DNA from: Octopus bimaculoides
Lineage: Eukaryota
Assembly (NCBI RefSeq): GCF_001194135.2
Contig: NC_068983.1
Span: 106,898,328 to 106,962,327 of the forward strand
DNA: 64,000 nt
Reading direction: 5' to 3'
The position numbers and the translations under genes are program-made. Numbering within the stretch: position 1 is the stretch's first letter; every line of letters starts with the position of its first letter. The notes below the pieces were generated by a model. The model searched no databases, was not told where the DNA came from, and saw only the letters and a program-made list of their open reading frames with translations. Shown piece by piece: positions 12,897 through 26,469 of this stretch.

Positions 12897-13443
12897 ATTG
12901 CCTAATTTAACATCATCACCTAGCCCTTGGTGGATGATTTTCGCAAAATCTACATTGTTACAGACCTTCAAACCAGTCTCTAATTTCATTCTTTAACATT
13001 TAAACTGATCATATCTGGACTAAATATTCTACCTGTTTTACGTTCAAACTGGTTAGATCCAATCTCTCAAATCTACCCTGCAATGTCATTCTAAAAATAA
13101 ACAATTATATCATTGAACTCTCAAAGCTATAAGATAATTCATTTGTCTAACTTAAAGCCATCACCTAGCCCTTGGTGGGTGTCTTTAGCAGAATCTGCTT
13201 TATCACACACTTTCAAACCAGTTTCAAACATTTAAACAGACCATAGCTGACCTAAATACTCTATTTGTTTTACATTCAAACCAGCCAGATCCAACCTTCT
13301 CATCTACCCTACAATGTCATTCTAAAAATAAACAATCACATCATTGAAATCTCAAAGCTATGAGTTAATGCATCATAAATTCTAAACAATGTGAATAAAA
13401 AAGCATTACATTTGGCAGAGTAATCTGAATGCTAAAGGGTTAA
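12897..13443. repeat. Diverged tandem duplication (~240 bp x2) whose right end is a piggyBac-type MITE terminus
   Basis: catcacctagcccttggtgg and caatgtcattctaaaaataaacaat occur twice ~240 bp apart. The right end is ...GAATGCTAAAGGG|TTAA. Confidence 0.75.
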
Positions 13444-13799
13444 AGATAAATCTGGAGTTGGAATTTCAATTTCTTTGCTGGGAAGCCTTGCAGTCATTAT
13501 GGGTGCCATCTTTCCTTCACTTTCTAAAGAAAGGGGAAAAAATAGATGTAGTTCTGTTGCTTAAGGACACAATATCTATCATTTGTTGTGTCCCTGGGTA
13601 AGCATGCAATTTTGCTTATCTCTATCTGTCAACTGGACAAACAAGCTTCATTTCTAAGTTCATTGTTATTTAGCCATAGGAGGACTATAAATGTGTAAAA
13701 TTATGTTACACCAATATTATGAAGACACTGAAATTTGAAACAAAACAAGGGACATTATTTTTATTCTCTCTCTCTCTCTCACACACACACACAGACACA

Positions 13800-13834
<35 letters not shown>

Positions 13835-14114
13835 GCATACACAGACACACTCATACAAATATATATATGCCCATCCAAATAAACATACTCATACACACAT
13901 ACACTCATGCACAGACATACAGAGGCACACTCATAAAAACACAAACATACATATACATCCAAACACACCCTCACATGCATATATATAAATATATATATAT
14001 ATATATACACCCACACTTGCACACACATGCACTGACATATACAGGCACACACACATACAGGTACATGCACAAGCACACAAGCATACATATTCATCCAAAT
14101 ACACCCCCATATGC

Positions 14115-14147
<33 letters not shown>

Positions 14148-14723
14148 CACACATCCACACAAACATATACATCCAAACACATCAACACATGCATATATAT
14201 ATACACTCACACTTACAAACATATGTACATCCATACATACAAACATATGCACATCCACATAAACAACCTCCACATAAACAACCTCCACACACTAGATGAT
14301 TGATATATGGCTTATATTAGATGTAGGGTTCAGTCAGGAGGCAGAGTAAATCAAGATATAGTGTGAAAGAACAATGAAGAAATTGTATCCCCTTTTTTTT
14401 ATAGGTTCTCGCTCAAAGCTAAGTAGCACCTAATTTGACATGTCACCATGACCTGACATTACATGTTTGAATTTTTGCAGGAATATTTCATGTGATTAAG
14501 TTAATGCAGAAGCAATAACTCATAGTCACATGATGTCATATTTTTCTCTTTATAGGGGGAAAAAAAGTTGGAACCAATAGAAATGGTAATATAGGAAATG
14601 TCAATCAGTCAAGAATTAAAAAAACCCATAACTCCAACATCCTCCTCAAATCCGTGGTCTTTAAAAATGTGTCACATATCATATTAAAATTCTTCTCATG
14701 GGTATACCTACCTACCTACCTAC

Positions 14724-14786
<63 letters not shown>

Positions 14787-15167
14787 CCTACATACTCACA
14801 CACATATATATATACAAACATTTATATATANNNNNNNNNNNNNNNNNNNNNNNNNNNNNNNNNNNNNNNNNNNNNNNNNNNNNNNNNNNNNNNNNNNNNN
14901 NNNNNNNNNNNNNNNNNNNNNNNNNNNNNNNNNNNNNNNNNNNNNNNNNNNNNNNNNNNNNNNNNNNNNNNNNNNNNNNNNNNNNNNNNNNNNNNNNNNN
15001 NNNNNNNNNNNNNNNNNNNNNNNNNNNNNNNNNNNNNNNNNNNNNNNNNNNNNNNNNNNNNNNNNNNNNNNNNNNNNNNNNNNNNNNNNNNNNNNNNNNN
15101 NNNNNNNNNNNNNNNNNNNNNNNNNNNNNNNNNNNNNNNNNNNNNNNNNNNNNNNNNNNNNNNNNNN

Positions 15168-15202
<35 letters not shown>

Positions 15203-15592
15203 TTTTAACTAGAGCATAAGCCATGCAGTTTGAGGGAAGAAAAGTTGATTATATTAATCTCAGAAACTGACTGTCTCTTATTTTATCAACACATGGAAGA
15301 ATGAATTGTAGAACTTTACTTTGATATTATTTGAACATAATATACTGAAATAAATATGACAACGCATTTCATTCACTGCTCCACCCCACCCTTCAACATG
15401 AATCTATAATATTAGGAAATACTGCCTTTATTTGCTTCATGACAAATATCAAATAGATGGAATAAACTAATTATTTCATGCATACTGTAACACTTTTATA
15501 TGCTTTTAGAAACAAATACCAAATAAAGTTTTGTATTAACCCCTCAGACCTGGGCCCCTGTGTGTGTCTAACTTTCCTTAGCAGAAACATAA

Positions 15593-15823
15593 GGCGGTGA
15601 GCTGGCAGAACCATTAGCACGCCGGGCGAAATGCTTAGTGGTATTTTGTTGGCCTTTACGTTCTGAGTTCAAATTCCGCCGAGGTCGACTTTGCCTTTCA
15701 TCCTTTCGGGGTCGATAAATTAAGTACCAGTTATGCACTGGGGTCGATGTAATCGACTTAATCCGTTTGTCTGTCCTTGTTTGTCCCCTCTGTGTGTAGC
15801 CCTTTGTGGGCAGTAAGGAAATA
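15593..15823 (+). mobile_element. tRNA-headed SINE (family B), well-preserved copy with target site duplication
   Basis: Starts GGCGGTGAGCTGGCAGAA and contains GTTCTGAGTTCAAATTCC (B-box-like) and the core GGGGTCGATAAATTAAGTACCAG. The 10-bp TSD AGAAACATAA lies at 15583-15592 and 15824-15833. Confidence 0.88.
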
Positions 15824-15993
15824 AGAAACATAAATAGTTGCATATACAACTCAAGAGTAATGACTGCAGGCAAACTAATGGACAGAATCAGCTGCGTCTT
15901 CTTTTTCTATGTATGTTGCTCATTACCACTTTATTGGAAATTTGGCAGATGACATTTAACTGATTCCAGCTATGGCAGAAATATGGGATTACA

Positions 15994-16265
15994 GGTAAGT
16001 TCGCTGCCATCAATTCACTGTGAAGAAAGTTCACTAGGAGGAAAGTTTACTGAGAAAATATATCCATAGTATCTCACCATTAATAGTTAAAAACTATTTT
16101 ATTGAAAAAGAACGGTGAATTGATGATGGTGAACTTTGCCTGCCGTGAATTGATGCCCTGCGGTGAATTCATGACGGTGAACTTTGCCTGCCGTGAATTG
16201 ATGCCCTGCGGTGAATTGATGATGGTGAACTTTCCCTGCTATGAATTGATGATGGCAAACTTACC
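15994..16265. mobile_element. MITE-like element with imperfect TIRs and a subterminal 48-bp tandem array
   Basis: Left end GGTAAGTTCGCTGCCATCAATTCA; the right end reverse complement is GGTAAGTTTGCCATCATCAATTCA. 48-bp units at 16114-16161, 16162-16209 and a partial unit from 16210 are built from GTGAAYT sub-repeats. Confidence 0.65.
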
Positions 16266-17571
16266 AGACATGGGTATGACAGTTAATTTTCAAATAAACA
16301 TGAAAAAGCATCAATGATTATCTGAATGTATACTGTCAGTACTAGGAAAATATATTGATAGCTATCAAACGGTAACTGGTGTTGTGAACAGGAGATAAAT
16401 AACAAGAACCTGTGGTAGGAATGTATATAGTTTCATGGAGTGGAATAAAGTAACAATAAATTATATGGAAACAGGTTATTTTTTCTGGTATTTACTTTAT
16501 ATTTTTGTTTACTGGAGCATAATCTTTGAAACAATAAATAGATAAATAAAGGAAAGGAAAATTAAACAAAAAATGGATTCAATGTTTTGCTGAAAAATAT
16601 GAGATGGTGTTGTAATCAGAATCTGTTTTTTTTTTTTTTGAGGATATTTAATAAATCAAATTAGTCACCATCAGGCATAACCAAGTAATTAAGAAACTCA
16701 TTTCATAATCATATGGTTTCAAGTTCAAACTTACTTTGGTGAGGCACCTTCAATGCGTTCTGCTATAGACTTGGGTCAACCAATACCATGAGTGAGAAAT
16801 TGGCCAATGGAAACTGAATGGAAGCCTTTGTGGAGGCATAGCTTTATAGTTAAGAAGTTTGCTTTACAACCACATGGTTTTGGGTTTGATCCCACAGCAT
16901 GTCACCTTGGATAACTATCTTCTATAATCCCTTGTGAGCAAATCACACACACACATACAATCCCCCCCCCCCACCATCGTCATCATTTAGAGTCTGTTTT
17001 CCATGCTAGCATGGGTAAGGCAGTTTGACTAGGGCTGGCAAGCCAGAGAACTGTACAGGGTTTCCAGTCTATTTTGGCTTGGTTTTTACAACTGGATACC
17101 CTTCCAAATGTCAACCATTCCACAGAGTGTACTGAGTGCCTCTTATGTACACAGGGTAACTTTTATCAAAATTCCATTCCTGTCAACAGCTCTCACCTGT
17201 TTCTAAACAAGATTATATTTTTCCCTAGTAAGACAGCGAACTGGAAGAATTGTTACTACACCAGTCAAAATGCTTAGTGACATTTCGTCTGTCTCTATGT
17301 TCTGAGTTCAAATTCCACCGACTTTACCTTTTATCCTTTTTTTACGGTCGATAAAATAAGTACCAGTTGTGAACTGGTGTCAATGTAAATGACTTGCCCC
17401 CTTTCCCCAAATTACTGGCCTTATGCCAAAATTTGAAAGAAGTGTCCTCCACCCCAGTCTGGGCATGATTTTTCATGAATGATTACAAACAAATCTCACT
17501 ACTTATTCCATGGTGAAGTTTGTTTACAATTATTTACAATTAACACACGCACACACACACACAAACACACA

Positions 17572-17658
<87 letters not shown>

Positions 17659-17999
17659 ACATGACAAGCTTCTTTTCAGTTTCTGTCTCTCAGATTCACT
17701 CTCTAAATGTTAGTTAGCCAGGTATCATAGTAGAAGACACTCACTCAAAGTGCCATGCAGTGAAAGTGAACTTGAAACCATGTGGTTGTGAAACAAGCTT
17801 CTTAACCATACAACCATGCCTGACATCTAAACAGAAATAAATTTAAATTTCCAGCCTTTATTGTTTGAAGAACGTTTCTCTCACTGGCGATTTGCTACAC
17901 TTGAAGAGACACATCAAGCCATGTAAAATCATGGCTGCCCTTGCATACAAGCATGTCCTCTGCATCCATCTTCAGCTGAATGATCCTAATCTTGAACGC

Positions 18000-18233
18000 T
18001 TGTGGGTGCTGGTGTCATGTAAAAAACATCCGTACCAGTGCCATGTAAAACCATCCATGCTGGTGCCGCGTAGAAGCATCCAGTACTCTGTAAAGTGGTT
18101 GACATTAGGAAGAGCACCCAGCCATAGAAACTATGCTGAAACAGACATGGGCCCAGACAACTCTTCCTGTCAAACCGTCCAACCCATGCCAGCATAAAAA
18201 ATGGGCGTTATATGATGATGATGATGATGATGA
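18000..18233 (+). mobile_element. SINE family C with a (GAT)n tail; other copies at ~16975-17150 (-), 25680-25812 (-), 25837-26046 (+), 42920-43170 (-), 51165-51340 (-), 54440-54677 (+)
   Basis: Shared core TTGGCATTAGGAAGGGCATCCAGC and 3' end AACCCATGCYAGCATGGAAA..GACGTTAAA-(TGA)n. Confidence 0.8.
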
Positions 18234-19860
18234 CTGCCTTGATTACCCCTCATTATTAAAGTTATCAGCTGAAAAGGTTTTATTCTTTAAGGCAGCAGTT
18301 TCCAAACGTATCTTGGCATGTAACCTGTTATCTAATTTTCAAAAAAATTGCAGAACACATACATATATTTTATAAACGGTCTGCACCACCATAAGACATT
18401 TAATAAGGCATTAAAAGAACACAGAAGTTCTTTAAGAGAATTTGCTCATGCAGAAAAAATATAACTTATGAAAATGGTGGATAAAATTTGTTTCATAAAA
18501 TAAAGTTTCATTGCATTTATTTTGTTAACAGATATCTTATTTCATGAGCTCCAAGATTGTTTCCATGAAACACACTTTGAAAATTACTGCTCTAAGATGA
18601 TCATACTAAATATACACAATTATTGTATTTTGTTTGTTTATATATGGCTGGATATAAAACATGTTTGCTGACATAGTTAACCTGCTAAAAATTAACAATT
18701 TGGTGATTTTAGGCAAATTTGAACAACCAGAAAGTGAGAGATGTGCATAGGAAATCAATATTGTTGGCACTGTGGCAATAATGATAATAACGATGAAATT
18801 AGAGAAGACATGATTGCAGAAATTTTAGAGGTAATAGGTTTGTCAAGTATGATGTAATTGTCAGATAGTTTGTTTGAACAAGGTAAAAATAGGCTGTGCT
18901 GTGCAGGTTGTTAGGAATGAGAAGAGTTTGGACTTTTGTACTGGCTTTTAAAGTGCTCAGATAAGGAGAGGAAGCTCAGAAGAATTGTAGATATTGCATA
19001 AGATACTCTGATTAAATTCCTATGTACATCTCTCACTTTCTGGTTGATCATATTTGCTTAAAAAAATCAAAATGTTTGTAAATCTTTAGCAGATTAAACA
19101 CAGAATAAACATATTTTCTACTCAGTCTAAAATATAAACAAACCAAAATACAATAATTGCATATATTAAGTTTGATTACCTTTACTTGGCTCTTTTCTAA
19201 GAGGAAAAAATAATTAAAAAATAATTGCCTTTTGAGGGAGCTAGACAAACTAACAAAGGTTTCTCTGTGGTTGATTGATCTGGTGAAAATAACAATGAAA
19301 CATCCCTCAAATCAAACTTTATCAGGAAGGATTCACTTGCTCGTGTAGATTTATTGTGTTTGGAAAATAAAATGTCATGGCTGGAAGGTTTTTCACAATA
19401 GACGTGTCTGCTTGATCAGGGCTGACTTAAGACAAAAGAATAATGACAAGAGCTCTTCTAAGAGCCAAAAATTGATTATATCAGATTTGTTTATGAAAAA
19501 ATGTTATTCTGATGGGAAAGTGAAAAATTTTAGCTTATAAAAAACACCTAGAAACAGTGACTAGTTGGAACCAACTAATTGAATTTTTATCAACATGACC
19601 TTAAAAAGATAATTTGTTTGCAAATAAAAAATACCCACTTTTATTTTACGAAAATATCAACTGCCTTAGTTCTTTAAACAAAACTTTCTTTTAGTTCTCA
19701 ACTTAATTTCAATAGGCCAAGGGAATGTTTTTACAACCAATTTTTCTCTGACTTTAACCTCAGCATAGTTTCTTATGCCACTAACAGTTAAATCCTTTAC
19801 TTCTTAAGGTCTTCCACGTCTACAGATACCAGATGACATTAATATTACTTCTACACTCAA

Positions 19861-20072
19861 GGTGGTGACCTGGTACAAACGTTAGCATGTTGGGCAAAAT
19901 GTTTACTGACATTTCATCCATCATTACGTTCTGAGTTCAAATTCCACCAAGGTCGTCTTTACCTTTCATCCTTTCATGATTGATAAAATAAGTACCAGTC
20001 GCACACTGGAGTCAATGTAATTGATTTAATCCCTTCCGTGAAATTGCTGACCTTATGCCAAAATTTGAAACC
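19861..20072 (+). mobile_element. SINE family B copy with a 20-bp flanking duplication
   Basis: AATATTACTTCTACACTCAA occurs at 19841-19860 and 20073-20092. Same B-box-like motif and core as 15593-15823. Confidence 0.85.
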
Positions 20073-21799
20073 AATATTACTTCTACACTCAAATAACGGA
20101 TCCCAGAATTAGTTCCTATTCAAAGTCTTCTAACCTTCCTTCTCAAATGGCATGTTACTTGAATGATGGAAGTATGCAACAACTGTGTCTTCCCTTAAAA
20201 CTTAACACTTTTCCGTGTCTTTTAACAGTTTCTTCTGCCATTTCAACTACACAATTCCTAAAATTGCAGGAAAGAAATATTTAAAAATTATCTTTTGTTG
20301 TGTAGTGAAATCTTTTATTGTCATTAATAACTATCTATATAGGTATCTGCTTCATGTGAGATTATTTATTTGATTCTTGCTTGACCAAGTTTTGCACACA
20401 TCAGCAAATATATTGCATTCTGTTTTAATAAGAATAATTTGCTCTTAGCTGTGAATGACAGATTTGGTGTTCATAGTTAATGATGCAAAAGGATGCAGAA
20501 ATGCATCCATCCTAAAATTCATGGGTGTTATTCTCAGCTTAGTATATGTTTTAAAACATATCTAGGAGGAGAATTTTATTCCAGGGAATGTTACTTTAGT
20601 GAAAAGTCTTCCCATATTTGAATGCACCTCAAACGTTAAATATGACTTTATGTGAATATACTTTATTCAATGCTGCATCATGTGATATTATTTACACACA
20701 CACACTCACACACTTTTTACATACATACACACACATACATTCATGCATACATATATACATACTTACATACAAACAAAAATACCATTGGAGCTTGGTTAGA
20801 AACTGGCTCTTTTTCTATTGACAAAAAAAATCTTGAAATAAAACTGAACAATAACATACATACATGCATGCATGCATATATGATATGCAAATATTTTAAC
20901 TAAATAATTTCAAGGATACCATTAATATATACATAGATGGTTCTAAAAGATGTCAGCTTTGTTAACAAACTTTCAGTAGAAACCCACAATAAATTAATTG
21001 TGTAGAAAATAAACTTTGAAGCAAAATGTTTATAAAATATTGATATGACACTTTTTAGCTTGTTGGGCAACATTATATTTGAGGAAATTTATTGGAAATA
21101 GCATTTCATTGAATGACAAGGCATTTGAGATTTATAGATAGAGGTCAAAGCCTTCATCAATAAATCTAAAAAGCCACTGTCAAATCATTTGCTAAGCAAG
21201 TAAGAACTGCTTATTTCAGAGAATCAATGATCCCATTTTCAGCAGAGTTATTATGGTTAAACCTGCTACAGAAGTGTTAAGTCATGAGTTTTAATGATTT
21301 TAGTTATCATAAAACATATTTTACTGTTAGATGTCGTAAGTAGATTTTGCAGTAGATTTTAATATTGTGTCCATAATTCTTTGTCTTTTCTACTGATTCT
21401 TACAATATAGAGGCCTTGATTTATTAGTTCTGCCTATCCCTGATGTATTTTTCTGTTAACATTCTGACTTTTCTCTGCAGCGAGTTTTTCAAGATTCCTT
21501 TGTTTGTGAAATTTGGAGTGTGGACTCTAGGTCTTAATGTTGATGTCTGCACAGTTTTCCCCAACTGAATTGTTTGCATTGGAAAGAGCATTTAACTGCA
21601 AAATATCTATCAATTCATATACAAGAAAAATTTCAATTTGTGATTCTTTCAACTAAAAAGAAAGGAAAATGTGTTTAAATCCTTTGTAAAAACTATTCCT
21701 ATTCCTATGGCTGAGTTCCAGCCCAGGCCACAACAACAAAGTCCACCAGCCACACTTCTCAGTACATCATCACTGACTCGAGGTCCTGGATACATTCCA

Positions 21800-22289
21800 G
21801 TGTCTGCAATCAAGTCCTGAGTCAAGAGGGTGGCTGCTGGAAGACCCTGTGTCTGGCAACAGAATTCTGCACCATTCCACACAGGCAGGAGAACCCAGTC
21901 ATGGCTGTCAGACAATTTCTGTGACCACATCACCCCTAACATCTGGCCACGTAATTCCCCAGACTGCAACCCCTTGATTATTATGTGTAGGGTGCTGTTG
22001 AATGAGAGACCAACAAAAGTCCTTGAAACACCAAAGATGAACTGGAGGCAAGGATTATGGCAGCATTCACCAACTTAAACAAGGAGACTGTCCAGAAGAG
22101 TTGCAGAAGATTCTGAAGTCATCTGGAGGCCGTGGTTGAAGCCAATGGCAATTTTATTGAATAAATTTACTCTTTAGTATTTCAAGATATTTTTATGTAA
22201 TTTTGGTAAATATATCTGTTAAAATGAGATGTCAGTGTTATTTTCATTTTTGGGTAATTTAGACAACAATATATTCACCACACCCAGTA
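21800..22289 (+). mobile_element. 3' part of a decayed Tc1/mariner-superfamily (maT/DD37D-like) transposon
   Basis: Peptide VAAGRPCVWQQNSAPFHTGRRTQSWLSDNFCDHITPNIWPRNSPDCNPL matches the QQDSAP-H ... WPPNSPD-NPLD catalytic motifs. Ends ...CACCCAG|TA. Confidence 0.8.
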
Positions 22290-22669
22290 CATATNNNNNN
22301 NNNNNNNNNNNNNNNNNNNNNNNNNNNNNNNNNNNNNNNNNNNNNNNNNNNNNNNNNNNNNNNNNNNNATATATATATATATATATATATAGTCTGTAGT
22401 CTGTATTAGCTACTAACATGTAAAGTATCTACTAATATGTATGCTAATAATATTCCAAATTATGGCATATATTTTTAAATCGGTCTAGTACAGTGTTTTT
22501 TAATCATTTACTTCTTCTGTATTCTCCTATGTACCACTTCATTCTCCTGATTTCTCACCACATAAAATAATAATGATAAATAACAATGAAGTCTTATATA
22601 CAAAACAGTTTTATTGCATAACATTAACTGCTTTCTTTTAATCTAACATTACCATTCTTAAAATAATTG

Positions 22670-22914
22670 TTAACCCTTTCATTACTATATTTGTATTGAA
22701 ATACACTGCTTTTGTTTTGATTCATTTTGAAAATAATGAAGAATTTAGTAATATGACTTTGTCACTATTAAAGCTGGTGTTTGTAACATAAATTAACATG
22801 AAATTTTGATAGGAGGTTTTAATTTTGGTAACTTTATAACTAAAAGCATGTATTATAGAACCAGAAGGTGGTTTGAGGTAGAAATCCTCAAGTTTTCCTC
22901 CCAACTCAGGTTAA
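22670..22914. mobile_element. piggyBac-type non-autonomous MITE; a related copy lies at ~42537-42763
   Basis: TTAA|CCCTTTC...AGG|TTAA termini. The internal sequence (ttgaaatacactgc, gaaaataatgaagaatttag, aacataaattaacatgaaattttgat) recurs at 42.5-42.7 kb. Confidence 0.65.
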
Positions 22915-23243
22915 GAATTGTAAATATAAAGAATCTTTAATATCATTCTGTTCGTTAAGGTGTCAAGCTGGCAGAATCATTAGCATGCTGGGCAAAATGC
23001 TTAGTGGCATTCCATCTATCTTTGCATTCTGAGTTCAAATTCCACTGAGGTTGACTTTGCTTTTTGTCCTTTCTGGGTCAATAAAATAAGTACTAGTCAA
23101 ACACTGGGGTCAATGTAATTGACTTTACCCCCTACCTGAAATTGCTGGCTTTGTGCCAAAATTTGAAACCAATATTATTATAATAAAAATAATACATTTC
23201 TAAATCTCTCAGAGAGATTTATGCAGTAGCAGCACGATAAAGC

Positions 23244-23490
23244 GATAGTATGTTGTCAACTTATTGTGGCAGTCCTATGAAAGGGAAGAATGCTATTGTT
23301 ATTTAGCCCTAGGAAACACTGTTTCCTTTTGGACTTGACACATTTCCTGTGTCCTTATGTTTTCAAAGTGGAGACATAAGGACACAGGAAATGTGTCAAG
23401 TCCAACAGGAAACGGTGTTTCCTAGGGCTAAATAACAGTAGCATTCTTCCCTTTCATAGGCCTGTCACATTAAGTTGACAACATACTATC
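23244..23490. repeat. Fold-back palindrome with ~117 bp arms and a ~13-nt loop
   Basis: ggacttgacacatttcctgtgtccttatgt (ending 23360) pairs perfectly with acataaggacacaggaaatgtgtcaagtcc (from 23374). The outer ends are gatagtatgttgtcaactta / taagttgacaacatactatc. Confidence 0.95.
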
Positions 23491-24427
23491 ACAATATTAT
23501 TCTGTTTGTCATGATATGTGTTTGATTGTTACTCTTTCAACAACCATAATTATGGAATAAAACTAATGAGATAATTGAAATCTTTAAACTTCAAGGAACA
23601 AGTTTCAGTGTTAAACAATCTGAACTGTAGAAAGAAATTGAAGACATAATTGAAGTCATTAGTATAATGAAACAATATTATGAATATGTTAAATTTATAC
23701 AGCTAAATAGAAATAAGAACATTTATGAAACAGGGTACAGTTATCTATTAATTTTTCAATGTTTACTCATAAACCCAATAGAGTGGCATATCTAGACAAA
23801 AGACCAAAAAGCCAAAAAAAAAAAAAAACTCCAGAAAGTTAGGGTCATGAAGTCTTTTTATTAAATAGAAATCACATAGGTTTGACTAAATATATTACAT
23901 TACTGATTAAACTAGAATGGGAACATTCATTTTTGATCCAGCAAAAATCTGAACTAAGGACTGTAGCGCATACCACAAAGCATAACAAAGCCTTGATTTT
24001 AATATTTAACAATTACATCATGTTCGCTATAATAATCTTGCTTGATATTTACTTTTGGGGAGATCCATTGATTATTTTCCAAGTTTTCTATGTTAGCTTA
24101 GTTTTCTATCTTTATTCACTCATTGAACTAAATATTTTTTTTTTCTCACTGAATATATTCAAAGTTTCAGCAATATTCAAATTGTACCAATACTACGTAT
24201 TATTCTAGCACAAATGTCGTTTATAATGCATGCAGTTATAGTAATACTATTCATTGTAGTTGCAGTAATATTATTTACCATAGTGGTAGTGAAACCATCT
24301 AGCATAAAGTTACTATAAAGCTGTTTCATTACTACAATGCACAGCTTATTGTAAGTTGCACTGATACTGCTATACTACATTTGTGACAATAACTATACAT
24401 TGCAGCAATGTCACTCATTCTCTATGC

Positions 24428-24476
<49 letters not shown>

Positions 24477-25074
24477 GCAATGACAACAACAATAATAATA
24501 ACCCTACTATAATTTCATTCAATCCAGCTGCACCAATACTCCATGCTGCTACTGTATTGTTTTCCATTTACTGGCATGGAAATATTATCATTTTCTATAG
24601 TTGTAGTAATAGCATCCATTGCAGTTGCAGTGATATTCTTTTACTGCAGTTAGTTGCAGTAATGCTTCTATCATAATTCATTACAGCAATAAATACTCCA
24701 CTACACACTCTTTCCCTTTCTGATACAATCAGGGCGGATGTGAGGACTTGCAAAGAATTCAAAAATCAATAGTACTAGATGAAGCTCCATTTGGTAGACG
24801 TGACTGAATTTTCTATTACATTCAATGAAATTGCATATTAACACTCTCAGTTTGGAATTTGGGTTGGCTCAATGAGACTCATGTGGTCAGTATAAAGAAA
24901 TCTATTATCTAACTGTCCTGTGTAGTGAGGCAGTGAACTTTCAGACTTAACTCTGAAAATTGTTCTCTACTTCAGGATATAATAACCAAAAATCTTCATC
25001 TTTTGCTCTTTGACTCTTAGTTTTCCAAGTATTCTTTCTTGTTTTCTGTTTCTATCTACTTATCNNNNNNNNNN

Positions 25075-25107
<33 letters not shown>

Positions 25108-26412
25108 GCAAACTTGATTGTTTGCTTGCTTGCCTGCTGGTTGATGAGAATGTTTAACTTTATAATAAAGCTTTCTGATACTAATAACCACGATTAGTGT
25201 TGTTTCTCTTATTGCAGTGAGTTAACAATACTACAGAAATACAGACATAGAAACATGGTATACAGATATAGTACTAGATATACCATGAAGTATAAGTAAT
25301 ATTTATCAGAAAGAAGAGTAGTAAAAGTGACCTTCAGTAAGATACATGTAAAAAGGAAATAACTGAAAGGAACAATTACTTCTGATGAGATTTCCCCTTT
25401 AAATTGTTAAGACATAAGGCAAAATACTGCTAAGTAGTTTATCTCATGGGCTACTAATTCTTGTGATTTGATTTTACATACTGTGCCACACTAGAACTAA
25501 ATTATCCAATGTGTACCTTCTTTTTTAATAGTTTCTGTGTGAATGATTTTAAGGTGGATTTAGCTGTTGTTTCTAGGATGTAGAATGAGTTAACATGTAG
25601 AATGAGTTAACAGAGGTCTTTCTTATTGTCTCTATCACTCTTTGATATATCCTCATCACCGTCATTGTTGTTGTTGTTGTCATCATCATCATTTTAATGT
25701 CCAACTTTTCCTTACATGCATGGACCAGATGGAATTTATTGAGGGAGATTTTCTACAACCAGGTGTCCTTCCTGTCACCAACACTCACCTGTTTCCAAGC
25801 ATGGTCAGATATGTCTTTGAAATATATATATATATTGCCAGTACCGCCTGACTGGCCTTCGCGCCGGCGGCACGTAGAAGCACCCACTACACTCTCTGAG
25901 TGGTTGGCATTAGGAAGGGCATCCAGCTGTAGAAACTCTGCTAAATCAGATTGGAGTCTGGTGTAGCCATCTTGTTTCACCAGTCCTCAGTCAAATCGTT
26001 CAACCCATGCTAGCATGGAAAGCGGACGTTAAACGATGATGATGATAGCTATATATATATATATATATATATATNNNNNNNNNNNNNNNNNNNNNNNNNN
26101 NNNNNNNNNNNNNNNNNNNNNNNNNNNNNNNNNNNNNNNNNNNNNNNNNNNNNNNNNNNNNNNNTATATATATATTCTTTTATTCTTTCCTTCTTTTATT
26201 TGTTTCAGTCATTTGACCGCAACCATGCTGGTGCATCGTCTTGAAGTGTTTTAGTTGAACAAATCGACCCCAAGACTTATTTCTTAAGCCTTGTACTTAT
26301 TCTATCAGTCTCTTTTGCTGAATTGCTAAGTTGTAGGAATATAAACACACCAACACCGGTTTTCAAGCAGTGGGTGGGGGGACAAACACAGACACAAAGA
26401 CACAAATGCTTA

Positions 26413-26469
<57 letters not shown>

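Noticed and set aside
15970-16000. Apparent 25-nt exon (ccag|CTATGG...TACAG|gtaagt)
   Set aside because: The GGTAAGT donor is the terminal inverted repeat of the 15994-16265 element.
16114-16265. Regular short repeats considered as a CRISPR-like array (also the 26-bp x3 array at 51499-51576)
   Set aside because: There are no unique spacers, the context is eukaryotic and no cas genes are present. They are ordinary tandem repeats within mobile elements.
23395-23470. Hammerhead-like topology in the 23 kb palindrome (CCTATGA..AGGG/CCCT..GAAAC-ACC-GTT)
   Set aside because: The core lacks CUGA and the spacing is off. The stems can be explained by the palindrome's own composition.
24200-24700. Minus-strand frame resembling a Thr-rich stalk plus transmembrane helix (NITATAMDAITTTIENDNIS...IIVGLLLLL)
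   Set aside because: It is a cryptic trinucleotide-periodic sequence around a (TAA)n tract. The poly-Leu is the microsatellite, and a stop lies immediately upstream with no acceptor.
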